Both the position numbers and the translations under genes were made by a program. Below are positions 1-13,200 of a stretch of DNA of 64,000 bases, in pieces (the first letter of the stretch is position 1; every line of letters begins with the position of its first letter). Origin of the DNA: Eledone cirrhosa (taxonomy: Eukaryota); contig OZ024740.1 in the NCBI GenBank assembly GCA_964016885.1, positions 263,314,001-263,378,000 of the forward strand, given 5' to 3'. The notes under the pieces were generated by a model that saw only the letters and a list, made by a program, of their open reading frames with translations, was not told the origin of the DNA and searched no databases.

Positions 1-175
1 TTATAACTACGGGCAATATTGGATATTTCTATAGAAATTCTTGGCTCATAATTCTCTTATCAAACATAAATATGAGACTGATGCTTCTCTATTACTGTAT
101 AGTTGTGAACGAAAAAAATTAACGGAAAACCAAAGTGAGGATATGTATATGTTATAGACTAGCATGTATGTGTGA

Positions 176-636
<461 letters not shown>

Positions 637-959
637 TCTGCGAGGGTATATGTATGCGTACTGAAACATACTTTTTCTCTCTCTAAACTTTCTCATCATA
701 CTCTTTATCTTTAACTCACTGATGTTCTGTCTGTTTCTCTCTCTCTCTCGATCTCTCTCGATCTCTCTTTCTCTCTCTCACTCTCTCTATATATGAGTAT
801 ATACATTTATATATGTATATAAAGCGAAATACTGAACAGATATATACACGTATTGATACAAAGACAAGTATAATTGACACAATGCTTGCACTCAGTACCC
901 AACAAAGCACATAGTAAAATATCAAAGTGGCAAATTGACCGAGCCTCTAGAATATCAAA

Positions 960-1055
960 AAGAAAGCCTGGCGGCATTTGTGCTTAGACTATGTACTCTT
1001 GGTTCAAACCTTCTGTACAACTTTGATTTCCATTCTTTCAAGGGTCTATAAATAA
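960..1055 (+). mobile_element. old degenerate copy of the main SINE
   Basis: ggttcaaacc...caactttgatttccattctttcaagggtctataaataa resembles the SINE core gttcaaatcc...aactttgcctttcatcc...ggggtcgataaaataa. Confidence 0.45.
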
Positions 1056-1450
1056 TGGGTGTTGGATTGGTAGAATTCTTTTAAAATCAATGTGATGTCC
1101 CGCAGCACTCTATTCTATCTTTTAGCATTCTGACGAGGATGTCTCTGGTAAAATGTCTGCGAAGCTGTTGCGTTTCCCGCCACAAATATTGGTGGCATCA
1201 ATGAGATTTGGAAATAGGGCAACTCCTTGTCATCCCTAGATACATCTTGTCTAGATCTACCTTTTACCGAGAAACTATCCAATTTCATATCCACTATCTC
1301 AAGTGCAACACAGAAAAATATCATAACAAGATGCAAGTTATATATATATATATATATATTTATATGCGCGCGCGTACACAAACATACAAACACACACACG
1401 CATATATATGTATGTATATATATACATATATTATATAATGTAGGAGGTGA

Positions 1451-1512
1451 GTTTTGAAATGCACATAATAAAATACATGGAACTCTTTTAACCATCTTTT
1501 GTTCTTATATAT

Positions 1513-1515
<3 letters not shown>
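1451..1515 (+). mobile_element. 3'-terminal fragment of the Penelope-like family at 33735-34663
   Basis: ttttgaaatgcacataataaaatacatggaactcttttaaccatctttt matches ~34604-34652 and is followed by (TA)n. Confidence 0.8.
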
Positions 1516-1596
<81 letters not shown>

Positions 1597-1699
1597 TGAA
1601 AACTCTGATAAGAGTATTTTAATAATTGATTGTCAGATTGCAGAAAATAGTGCACTTTTAGGCTACGGCCAGCCACATGAACCTGTAATATAACCTGAA

Positions 1700-1822
1700 C
1701 AATCAATGCCTGTGCAATGAAGTTTTTTAAGTTAGGAAAGGCCTTGCACTCGACTAATCCCACTCTCTGAGTATGGAAAATACAACCCGAAAAGAAGAAC
1801 AGGTCAACATTATCGGATGCTT
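1700..1822 (-). repeat. dispersed repeat fragment homologous to 55625-55745
   Basis: Reverse-complement similarity: tgcctgtgc...cccactctct...aaaagaagaacaggtcaacat. Confidence 0.6.
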
Positions 1823-1835
1823 TCGAAGCCGCAGA

Positions 1836-2188
1836 TTTGTCAGTGTTGAACAAACGAACAACGATGGTTGCTGGACACTACGGCTTAATGCGGGATGTTT
1901 GTTTACAAATACACCGAGCATTATAATAAATGTTCGGTGCACCCGGCCGATTAACCCACTCGATATGCAAATTGGGCTACTCAGCCGTTAATATGCATGA
2001 GGTAAGTATATACGTTCAACAATCTGGCAGGAAGGTATACGTTGCTAACGATAGCTAATAAGCTTGAAACTAGTACAGCGCTCCTTTGTCCGTGTTGAGC
2101 AAACGAACAACGATGGTTGCTGGACACTATGGCTTAATACGGGATGTTTGTTTACAAACACACCGAGCATTATAATAAATGTTCGGTG
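1836..2188 (+). mobile_element. partial tandem (~1.4 units of 249 bp) ribozyme-carrying repeat; retrozyme or Penelope pLTR-like
   Basis: 1836-1939 is repeated at 2085-2188; HHR motif at 2040-2080. Confidence 0.7.
2040..2080 (+). ncRNA. minimal type I hammerhead motif, core mutated (CUAACGA)
   Basis: cgttg CTAACGA t-agct aata agct-t GAAA ctag TA cagcg: helix I cgttg/cagcg, palindromic helix III ACTAGT, GUA site. Confidence 0.7.
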
Positions 2189-2319
2189 AATCCATACGTA
2201 CATATATATATGTGTGCATGTATGTATATATATATACATATTACTGTACGTCTGTATACATATATGTATGTACGTGTACATACTTATATATATATATAGT
2301 AATATATATATATATATAT

Positions 2320-2793
2320 CAACCAGTGTCGAAGCTATGATACCGAAGAGCCGACATCGATGGGTGGGACATGTCATCCGGATGGACGATCACAGGCTTC
2401 CGAAGCAACTGATGTATGGGAACTTTGTTGGGGGAAACGAAAGCGGGGCAGGCCTCTCAAGAGGTTCAAATACTGCGTGATGTCCAGTATCAACAACACT
2501 GGAATCGCCCCCAAACAACTCGAGTCCCATGCTCAGGACAGGACTGAGTGGCGAGCCCTTACCAGGTGCGCCAAAGACTCCTTTGAAGAGAAGAGACAGG
2601 CAGAGGTCACTGAGGCCCGTGAAAGGAGAAGAAAGTTATCAACAGGTGCCCCAAGCGAACCCGGTTTCTTCCTCTGTCCCCACTGTCCCCGGACCTGCAA
2701 GTTAAGGATCGCCCTCCACAGCCACCCTTCGTTCCCACGGCAGACGGGAACTAAAATAAAGAAGATGTCATCATCGTTTACGATGGACATCCA

Positions 2794-2796
<3 letters not shown>
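2320..2796 (+). mobile_element. RTE-clade LINE 3' fragment (frameshifted)
   Basis: RWVGHVIRMDDHRLPKQLMYG..GKRKRGRPLKRFK..AQDRTEWR..CPHCPRTC..H, typical of an RTE C-terminus. Confidence 0.9.
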
Positions 2797-2853
<57 letters not shown>

Positions 2854-3183
2854 TTACGGTAGGCATTAATGCAATTCAAATCAAGCACTCGACTACATGT
2901 TGCTTCTTCCAAATCTGAATGACCGAGTATATTTAGAATAAGGAAAATGCCAAGTTGTTGTAGATGTTAAAGAGCCCTTTATTGATAAGGCTGGGATACA
3001 TATTTCAATGGTCACAGTGGCCACGTTATTTCACTCACCCAGTGTCATGATCTCATCAGATAGCTTCATTATGTAATAAGGTTACGTTCTCAAGGTAATC
3101 CAAACGAAATCCTGAAGGAAACAGACACAAATCATATTTTTGAAGCCTTCATCCATTCCGCTGTGAGCTTAAAAGTCGGGATA

Positions 3184-3270
3184 CCGGCGGCTGAGCTCTT
3201 GCCGTTTCAACAGCCACTTCCAGACTGATTGGTGACGGCCTTGCCGGTTAACTGGCTGTATCATCAGGGG
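3184..3270 (-). ncRNA. hammerhead motif with long helix II loop and true hairpin helix III
   Basis: Minus strand: cc CTGATGA t-acagcca..(~36 nt)..tggctgt-t GAAA cggc aagagctca gccg CC gg. The related half-copy at 53249-53300 has GTC at the cleavage site. Confidence 0.65.
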
Positions 3271-3708
3271 TTATGGTTTGTCAAAATAAGGACATACATT
3301 GCGAGAACAAAACATCTGCGGTGCAGGTCGAAGATGGCCTTCCTATGATATAAGTAGAAGCATACTGTTTGCAAATTTCAGCCGACTGATGTTACATTCA
3401 CTGGTTTTTAATAGATTCTATATCAACCTTGTTGAATATGATCGCGAATGCACACGAACGAAATAGGATTTTTTTGAAGTGTTTTGGGATTTTCGGTAGT
3501 CAATAGGCGGCGTCGCTCGGTAAATCATGTAATCAATCTAAATAGAGCTGGTACTTCTCCCAGTACACAGCTCCCATAATATGAGCATGACGATAGAATC
3601 TCTGAGGAAAGCTTGCTGGACAGATTGCTTCTGAGGGGACCATCTAAGGCGTGCCTGAGGAGTCTGCCCCCACAACAGTTCATGCATAAGTGAGCAAAGA
3701 AGACGATA

Positions 3709-3769
<61 letters not shown>

Positions 3770-3794
3770 ATATATATATGTATATATATATTTG

Positions 3795-3826
<32 letters not shown>

Positions 3827-4337
3827 CGCTCAATCTGTAAAATTATATATACTTTTCATACTTTTACACGGATTCTGTCAACCGACGCGTGAGAAAAATA
3901 TTCTACTGCGTGACTAGAACGTTGTCATGAACGCAAAGGCTGTATTCTATTTCTTTATAAAATATTATATAACGATAACAAAAAGCTATGATGTTAGTAA
4001 CTATTAACGCCATTTCAGCTCATTTAGCTAATTTTAGCTGTAATTAGTTTTCTAACAGGAAATAAATGAGTGCATCTTATTTCCATAAACAACTACATTA
4101 AATTTACAAGCGAATTAGCCATTTTGCTTCTTTTGTAGCGTATATGTTTACTTTATTCATTTTTTCGTTTAATCTCTTTAATTTTGTTTGTTATGAAGGA
4201 ATGCCGAAGAAGGCTGGAGGGAATTTATTTTATTTATTTACACGTACTAATGGCACATCAAAATATGTTTGTGTGGGTATATATATATATATATAATAGT
4301 AATAAATGAAAGATAAATGTTTTATATCATCTCTATT

Positions 4338-4411
4338 TATTTTATTATATTTCGAAGATATAAAGTTTTATGTATAACATGAAGCAAAACATGTCCTCTT
4401 CAGAGAAACTA
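4338..4411 (-). ncRNA. degenerate minimal hammerhead motif in an AT-rich Penelope-type terminus (~4295-4900)
   Basis: Minus strand: tagtttct CTGAAGA ggacatgttttg...taaaactttatatcttc GAAA ta TA ataaaata; helices I and II imperfect. Confidence 0.45.
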
Positions 4412-4907
4412 TATAGGAGATGTATAATTTTCATGATATGCTGGTAGACAAATGAGCTGGACAGATCGGTGACCACCAAGCATATGACTAGACAAAATTC
4501 AAAACATAGGTGGTTACGTGACTGGGAGAAAACATTACAGTTGTTTTAAATGTTTCATAAATTATTTAAAATATAGCGTAATTAGATTGGTCAAAATACA
4601 AAACACACTTTGACCGTTATTCAGTCTCTATTCTGCTCAATTATGATATCAAAAATATATATTATATCAAAGGAAAATATAATAATAAAGGGGGAAAGAA
4701 TTCGGATTATAGAATTTGTAGGTAAGTTATCTTTGTTTATGTATAATTAGATACTGAAATTATTGAGTAGAAAAGTATTTAATAATTGATATGGTTCTTT
4801 ATTTATTTTTTTTTTTTTAATATATAGTTGAGTATGTCATGTGATAAATTATATTTATCAATTTATATTAAATTGTATTTATTTAGATACAATCTAAATT
4901 TAAAGTA

Positions 4908-5003
<96 letters not shown>

Positions 5004-5025
5004 TGTATATATATACTGTATATAC

Positions 5026-5518
5026 TGTTATACTTTGAGAGGGTCATGTTGCCAATAAAAACACGCACACCTATTGGTTTTCACTTCAATTTATTATACG
5101 TTTCCAGTTGGTTGGTTGGTTGGTTCGATAACCGGAAGGGCGTTTATATATTGTCGAAGCTCTTTCGGCACTCATTCTTTAACCTCCTCAGTGACTAGGT
5201 TTTTATTTTGTGTAATTTTTATTTTGTGTGTTTTTCCTTTGTTCTTTTCTTCGCCCAGATGTAACGCATGCGCAAACTAAGCACACAACACACACCGCAA
5301 AACATACAAAAACAAGATGATAGAATAGAACAAAGAGAGACACACAAAATAAAAATCTACACTAAGGGGGTCACATAATGTGTGACGAAAGATATTTGAT
5401 AATATATAAACAACCTTCCGGTTATCGAACCAACCAACCGGAAACGTATAATAAATTGAAGTGAAAATCAACAGGTGTGTGTGTTTTATCGGCAACATGA
5501 CTCCCCCAATTTATAACA
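5026..5518. mobile_element. inverted pair of LTR-like 3' ends
   Basis: tgttatactttgagagggtcatgttgccaataaaaacacg... versus ...gtgttttatcggcaacatgactcccccaatttataaca; diverged arms of ~250 bp; same family at 24174-24731 and 28985-29550. Confidence 0.7.
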
Positions 5519-5576
5519 TCTGTTTCAACACACTATTTCAGAAAAGAAATCTCGCACAACAAATTTAAAAACGAAT

Positions 5577-5667
<91 letters not shown>

Positions 5668-5671
<4 letters not shown>

Positions 5672-5900
5672 CAAGGAGACAACAAACAGAGGTACAACAT
5701 ATATTATTAGTTTCACGCTTTATATTGGAAAGAGGAAAGAAAGTTCGACGTGTCAGGGTTAACCCTTCTCCAGGAGTACAAATTTAGGGACAGGATTACA
5801 ATGGAGAATTAAATAAAAGGTCTCAGTAAAGACAAAAAAGAAATCGTCAATAACGTTTGCAAAAAAGAAAACAGTTAGGCAGACTTGATAACGAGCTGGA
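5668..5900 (-). mobile_element. Penelope-type terminus with a decayed hammerhead (5742-5778)
   Basis: Minus strand: CTGGAGA agggt ta accct GACA cg TC (two core substitutions); the end abuts (TA)n at 5576-5667. Confidence 0.4.
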
Positions 5901-5920
5901 ACGCAAAGTGGTGTACGTGT

Positions 5921-6102
5921 ATTGGTGTCGTTAGAGGGTCGGGCGCCATGCTTTGAAGCATAAAGTTACCTCCCTTTATGATCTGAGTTCAAATCCCGCC
6001 GAGGTTAACTTTGCCTTTTATCTTTACGCGGGGTCGATAAAATAAAGTACCAGTATTTCACTGGGATAATTGCGGGCCTGGTGCCAAAAGTAGAAACAGT
6101 TA
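5921..6102 (+). mobile_element. tRNA-derived SINE (main family)
   Basis: B-box-like gagttcaaatcc, core actttgcc..ggggtcgataaaataaagtaccag, tail ggcctggtgccaaaagtagaaac. Confidence 0.9.
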
Positions 6103-6414
6103 TATGTATGAGTGTAAGCGTATGGTTAAACGTGTGTGATATTTGAAGGTATATTGTGTAAGGCATCAAAGATAGTGAGTGTATGCGTATATCCATGTGT
6201 TAGTGGTAGTGGACATGTATGAGTAAGTGAACGTAAGTTTGACTGTGTGTACTGCATTGAAGTAATATTGTGTATGTAAAGTATCTTGCAATGTTAGCGT
6301 GTGTCCGTGAGATGTGTGGGTATATTTATATATATATTTATATCTTAATGATACTGACTTAATTAAATTATTGAGTGGGTGGGAAAATGACCGATGCTAT
6401 GTTGATCCTATTCG

Positions 6415-6632
6415 ATAGAATCGGTAGAGCATCGGATCATATGCTTTGTGGCATAGAGGTACAGCCCTTTACGTTCTGAATTCAAATCCTTCCGAGGTTA
6501 ACTTTACCTTTCATCCTCGTGTGGTCGATAAAATAAAGCACCGGTAAGGCACTGGGCTCGATTTAATCGACTTTTCCCTCTCCCCAAATTGTTGGCCTTA
6601 TGCCTATAGTAGAAATCATCATTATTATTATT
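6415..6632 (+). mobile_element. SINE, longer variant, (ATT)n tail
   Basis: Same core plus ctcgatttaatcgacttttccc; ends agaaatcatcattattatt. Confidence 0.85.
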
Positions 6633-6637
6633 GTGTT

Positions 6638-6760
6638 AGTTCAAAACCCACCGATGTTAACTTTGCCTTTCATCCTTACGGGGTCGATAAAATAAAGTAC
6701 CAGTAATGCAGTGGGGTATTTGCTGGACTTGTGACTAAAGTAGAAACAATTATTATTATT
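6638..6760 (+). mobile_element. 5'-truncated SINE
   Basis: Core plus tail, ending gtagaaacaattattattatt. Confidence 0.85.
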
Positions 6761-6771
6761 GTGTTATATAT

Positions 6772-6908
6772 GGGCGGTGCATTGGCAGTATCGGTAGCGG
6801 GTCGGACGCCATGCTTTGTAGCTAAGAGTTACGGCCCTTTATGGTCTGAGTTCAAATCCCGCCGAGGTTAACTTTGCCTTTCATCCTTACGGGGTCGATA
6901 AAATAAAG
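6772..6908 (+). mobile_element. 3'-truncated SINE fused to a truncated Dong 3' end
   Basis: Full head gggcggtgcattggcagtatcgg; stops at gataaaataaag. Confidence 0.85.
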
Positions 6909-9900
6909 CTCATGTTTGCTGATCTTGCAAGCAAGGACGCTAAGGTGCAGGTCTGAGGATTTGGGTATTAATCCTAATGCTCCTATTACCCCAGGGAGAG
7001 TGTTTATGGTCATCCTCCACATGTGGTTGATCTCTATTTCCAGGTCTTTGTTTTTACACGGTTTTTATAGATGTATTCTTTTCAGTTGATACGGAAATAT
7101 CTATAAGGCTACATGTTCGATCTGTTTTGTTTTTTATGATGGTATCTGGGCTGTTGGCAGTGATTTCTCGGTCGGTTATCACAGGCATATACCACAAGAT
7201 GGATATGTTGCCCTATGACTGTTTTTGGTTGATGTTCATACCATTTGTTAAAAGTGTCGATTTCATGAGAGCGACAGTGCATCCAGTGCACATATTTGGT
7301 AATGCGGTTGTGTCTTTCGATATAGTCAGTTTTTGCCAGCTCTGGACACCCGGAGATAACATGATCTACCGTTTCTTCATGTTTATAGCATACTATATAT
7401 AGAGGGCTAGTCCTATCTTTCACTAATCTGTGTCTATAGGCCGGAGTGATTAGAGATTTGTCTTGTGCAGCAACTAAGAGTCCTTCTGTCTCTGCTTTTA
7501 AACCAGCACTTCTGAGCCCAAATAGTAAGCCATGCAGATCGATATCATTGTCAGAAAGCCGTTCTGGGTATATTCCATGCAGTGTTTTTACCTTCTATTC
7601 ACCGTATAGTTCCTGTGTTTGGAGTTGCTTTGCTCTGATCTTCAGTCATATCTAGCTGTGCAGCACTCTGTTGTTGATTTGTATGTCTTGTTCCATGTTC
7701 AGTTTTTGCCTAAATTTTCTTGCCTCTTTTGTTATTGAGTGTAGTTTCTTAATTCTTTCGTGCTTGAGTACAGGCATAAGGAGTTCATCTCAGGTGTGGT
7801 GGAGGTAGCTATCCAATCCAATGGTTGCTGTTTTGTATGCAGCCTCTAGTTGTCAGAGCCCACCTTCTCTCTTTGAGATATACAGCCTATGTACATCGGC
7901 TTTAGGGTGATGCATTTTTCCGTTGTCAATAGGTTCCTTGTCTTAGTGTCCAACCTTTGTAGTTCTTGAAGGTTCCAGTTAAAGCTGTATGTTACAACTG
8001 GTACTGCTAGACTGTTAAAGGCTTTGAACTTGTTGAAGGAATTTAGCTCACATTTTGTTACCGGTCTCACTCTCCTTATGTACTCCTTCCGTATCATTTC
8101 CTTCATATTTGCATGCTGGATTCCATCTCCTTCATTAAATCCAAAATATATGAAGAACTCTTCATTGTTAAGTACCTTTGTGGTAGTTTGTTGGTCTATG
8201 ATATTATCTTTCTGGTTAGAGAGCAACCCTCTCTTGAATGTGGCATTTGCACACCTGTCAAGTCCAAATTCTATAGGGATGTCATCAGTGAATTGTTTCA
8301 TTGTGTGCAATAAACCTTCCAGCTTCCCATCACTGTTTCCAAATAACTTGATATCATCCATATAAAGAAGGTGACTATAGTGTCTGTTGTCTATGTTATA
8401 TCCATAACCTGTCCTCCGCAACAACTGACTTAACGGGGCAAGAGACACAGAGACGAGCAAGGGGATAATAAGACGCCTTGGAATATTCCATGATTAATCT
8501 TGATCTGACTAGATTCCAGTGGTCCGTTTTGGTGTTGAAGGACCATCGCAGTTTTCCAGTTTGTCATTATTGCTTTCAGGAAAGTTGTTATCTCCGGTGC
8601 TATGCTATTCGACAGCGTACCTCTTATGAGGTACGCTGTCGAATGTCTTCTTGTAGTCTATCCAGGCCATTGACAAGTCTTTTCTTTTTCTGTTTGCAGT
8701 GTTCCGTTATAAGTCTATTTATCAGTAGCTGATCTTTGCACCTATAACTCCCTTCTTATTCAGTGGCAATATACCTCCACAGACGAGGTAATTCTGGACC
8801 CTGTTGGTAATTACTGATGTGAGGGCTTCGTACATCACTGGGAGACATGTAATTGTCCTGTAGTTTTGGTGGGATTCTGTACATTCATTCTTCGGTAGAA
8901 GATACGTTATAATAGTTGTCACCCAGTTTGGGACCTCTCTTGGGTTTGCTGCAATCCTGGAGAAATCAGCAGCAAAGGCTTCGTGGAGCGCACCCAGATG
9001 TTTCAGCCAGAAATTCTGCACACCATCTCTGCCCAGTGATTTCCAGTTTCAAACATTACTGACTTTTGTTTTTATTTCTTGTGAGGTGATCTCATTCCAT
9101 TCCGTGGTGTAAGCAGGGATTTCCAATTGTTCCAGCCATGTGGCATTGGAGTTGTGGTCTTGAGCTTTTCCCCAGATATTTGCCCCAAAGTGTTAAACTT
9201 CATCAAGCTCAGGTGGTTACTTTATTTCAATACTTTTCTTACCTAACTCTCTGTAAAATATTTTGGCATCTTCGGCAAAGATTTTGTTTTGTTTAAAGAA
9301 ATTAGCTCTTTTTTTTTGCATCTTCTTAGCCTCTGAGCCTTTGCCTGTATCTTTCTCTTCATTGATTCAACAATTTCTTTCCAGTCTGCTGTCCGGTTGG
9401 CCGTGTACTTCTACCTCAGCCTAGAAAGCTTTTGGGGGTTGATGTCTGTTCTCTTATCTATTTCGGATACGAGAGTGACATCTCTCCTTAATTCTGCAAA
9501 TTTGTCCTCCAGCTGTGCCTGCCATTTCAGTATACTCTTTGTATTTTCCCTGTTTGTATTTTGGGGTGCAGCTTGCCAGCTATCACGGTTGCAGTGGCAT
9601 ATAGCAGCTGATTAATCTCATCAAGTGTCAGTGGTTTTCCGTGTTCGCCTCTGATTACCTCGAGTGCTTTGTTAGCTAGCTTGACCTTCTACTTTTGCTG
9701 ATGCATGACTTTGGGTACTTACTGGAGTTTTGTCCGATATATCAAGTCCTGTATTTTCAGAGTCTCCCACTAAACGCAGAATATCTTCCTTTATTGTCCA
9801 GACAGCAGCATCAACCAGTGAGCCATCACTTAAATGTTCATGTCCAGAGATGTTCTCATCTGTGGGAGTTTCAGTAATACTCTCAACGTCTGCTGCTTCT

Positions 9901-10092
9901 GTTGTATGTACGTCTCCTTCTTGTGCTCACTTACCTCTCATGTCATGGTTTCCAGTTTTGATCCAGTGAGTCTTTTGCACCTCATAATGTCTTTTCTCGC
10001 ATTAGCTAATTAATTCATATCCATGTATTCTATGGAGTTAGGGTTGGAATTCCTCCAGACACTATACGTTTCTTGCATTAATGAGTTATCTC
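6909..10092 (-). mobile_element. R4/Dong-clade RLE non-LTR retrotransposon, decayed (copy 1)
   Basis: ORF pieces: NFWLK..NYRTITCLPVMY; RT core SHLLYMDDIKLF; knuckle C..EETVDHVISGC..RH; PD..D endonuclease region; many stops and frameshifts. Confidence 0.9.
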
Positions 10093-10104
10093 TCGTAAAC
10101 AGGA

Positions 10105-10277
10105 TGGCAGTATAATACGCAGCCATCACTTTGTATTGTCCTGTACCGTTCTGTGCCGTCTGTAATGTTTTTCGTCACGTTAGCCCTTGTGGTCGATAAA
10201 GAAACCATTATTATTATTATTATTATAATAATTATTATTATTATTAATATTATTATCATTATTATTATTATTATTGT
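10105..10277 (+). mobile_element. Tx1-type LINE 3' UTR fragment with (ATT)n tail
   Basis: gtcctgtaccg..ctgtaatgtttttc..agcccttgtggtcgataaagaaaccattatt matches the Tx1 ends at ~15710-15790 and ~23920-24000. Confidence 0.85.
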
Positions 10278-13200
10278 TCTTTGAGTCTCAGTCATTGATG
10301 TTAGTTAACTGGAAAATTTGTTGAAATGAATATCAAGCCATTAACAGCAGCCTCAGATATTCAGGACGTATCGGAGGGTTCTTGCTGTTCCCAGCAAGCA
10401 TGCCTTTTGAAGCGTTCCAAAAAGCGTGAAGGGGCCAATTTTCTTTAACCAACCCTGGAAACTTTTTGAGATAGTACCTAGTGCGCCTATGACAATCGGG
10501 ACCACTTTGACTTCATGGCAGTTCCAAATCCTTTTTACCTCCCACTTTAAGTCCTGGTATCGGTTAATTTTCTCCCTCTCCTTCTCTTGCACTCTCGTGT
10601 CGAATGGGCAGGCCACATCCACAATCAGGCGCGATCTTTTTTCCTTGTCCAAAACCACCAGGTCAGGTCTATTGTATTCCAGTTTCTTGTCCGTCTGTAT
10701 CCTAAAAGCCCACAGCCCCTTCAACTGATCGTTTTCTATCACCGACTCTGGCTTATGCTCATACCATTTCTCAGAATGTGGTAAATTGTTTACTTTGCAT
10801 AGGTGCCAGTGGATCACCCTGCCCATCACATCATGTCTCCAGCCCTTATAGTGAGTCTGGGCTAGGTGTTTACACTCGGATACAATGTGAGCCACAATCT
10901 CCCCTTACTTTCCCCAGATCCTGCACAGTGGGCTAGCCTCCTCCTTGTAAATATGGTGTTTCAACCACTTCGTTTTGAGGGCCTGCTCTTGCGCAGCCAT
11001 TAACATTCCTTCTGTAGCCATTTTAAGGTTTCCTCTTTTCAACCAGTTCCATGTCTGTGGATCTCTGAATTCAGTTTTCTCAAAGAAGGTACTATAAAGG
11101 GATTTTTCATGAAGGCTGCTCTTTCTCCTTGTTGTTATTTCCTCCTTGGACATCCCCTGGTCTATTGTCCTCTCCTTCAGTACAATTCTGAGCATTGGCT
11201 CCTTACTATCAGTCATGTATTTGTGTAGGTTGTTTTTCTCCATCTGAACAGAGTCCTCTATGCTGATATGACCTCTTCCACCTTCAGGGCTCCTTAAGTA
11301 GAGTCTATCGACATCACTCCTCTTGTGGAACATGCTGTAGATAGTCAATAGCTTCCTAGTCTTCCTATCCATTTTTTTTTGTTCAGCAACATTCCATCTC
11401 AGAATTCCCGCACTGTACCTAATAACAGACACAGCTCGGGAATTTACTGCACTTGTGGCATTCCTACTGTTCAGGTGTGACTTTAATACGATCCTTACTC
11501 TCCGAATGTATTCAGATCTTATCAATTCCTTCATTTTTTTGTTCTTGATGTCATAAGCCTCCAGAACACCCAAATACTTGTATCCTTCTTCAGTGTCAAT
11601 TTCCTTTATCATCTCACCTGTTGGTACCTCGATTCCGTTGCTTCTGCTCAATTTACCCCTCTTCATCACAAGGATCCACACTTACTAATACCAAATTGCA
11701 TACATATATCGTTGCTGAAAATACGGACAGTGTCAACAAGCACATACAACTCCTTCTCACTCTTCCCGAAGAGCTTAAGATCGTCCATGAAGAGAAGGTG
11801 ATTGATGGTAAGCTCTCCCTTTCCCAACTTGTATCCTGCGCTCACTTTTCGCAGTATAATGGTCAGGGGCATCAGGGCAAGGACAAACAACAGAGAGGAC
11901 AGACTATCTCCCTGGAAGATAACTCTCTTAATCTTCACGTCTCCCAAGCTGATGCTAACTCTGTTTTCCAGGACTTCATACTTTTGCCCAACAACTGTCT
12001 GATGTTATCTGCCACCTTAAAGATCTCTAGGATTTTGGTGATCCAAGAATGAGGCACCATGTCAAATGCCTTTTTGTAGTCTATCCATCCCATGGCAAGA
12101 CCAGTGTGTCTCCTCTTGCAATTCCTCATTACCATCTTATCAATAAGTAACTGGTCCTTTGTACCACGGGAATTCTTTCGGCATCCTTTCTGTTCGTCCG
12201 GTAACAAGTTGTTTGTGTGGAGGTGATGGTAGAATTCCTCAGACATAATTGTTTCTACTATAGGCACAAGACCAGCAATTACCCAGTGCATTACTGGTAC
12301 TTTATTTCATCGACCCCGTAAGGATGAATGGCAAAGTCAACCTCGGCGGGATTTGAACTCAGATCGTAAAGGACGTAACTATGCTGGAAAGCATGGCGTC
12401 CGACCCTCTACCGATACTGCCAATCCACAGACATAATGCTTGTCAACAGTTTGCACATTACGGACAGACATGTGATAGGTCTAAAGTTGGTAACATCATT
12501 ACCCTTGATTCGGTCTTTCATTACCAGAACTGTGGTACCATTTTGTCAACCACTCTGGTGCCTCACCTGACATCAAGCAGTCATTGAACATGGTTGTCAG
12601 TTTCGGGTGGAGGGATGTTATATTTTTAATCCAATACCCCTGCACACCATCTGGGCCTGCTGATTTCCAGTTGGTTAGTTTTTTGGCCTGCCCCTTAAGA
12701 GTTTCAACTGTGATACTCAAATCAGTTTGTTTGTGTTCCTATTCACTAATCTCCTTTTGTACTGTCTCAATCCACACTGACTGGTCATTATGTTTAACAT
12801 CCTGCGCCCATATTCCTCTCCAGAATGTCTTAGTTTGTTCCGCCTCAGGGATCAAGTTGTTGCCTCTTTCTTTCCCTTCAAGCTGTCCAAACAGCATCTT
12901 CTGGTTGTTGTCAAACATGCGGTTCTGTCTATACTGACTGACTCTGCTCTCGTATCGCCTAATTTTTGCACTCTTTGCTACAATGCGTTGCTTCAGTTCC
13001 TCTATGATAATATTTAGCTTTTTCCTCCTAGTTTTGTACTTTATTTTCTATCTATTTTTAGTGTCTATGTTTTTTAGTGTCCCATTCAGTAGGGACTCAT
13101 GCTTTCCAACGTCATTTCTCATTTGCCTGATTTGACCATTCAGTCGTTTCTTCCACCAAGGTTCTGATATTTCTTGTTTGTTGTTTCCTCTCGCTTTTAT

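Noticed and set aside
1126-1147. Possible micro-exon (ttttAG..GTaaaa) and a CTGACGA motif
   Set aside because: Splice-like signals arise by chance at this length, and there is no matching GAAA or helix set for a hammerhead.
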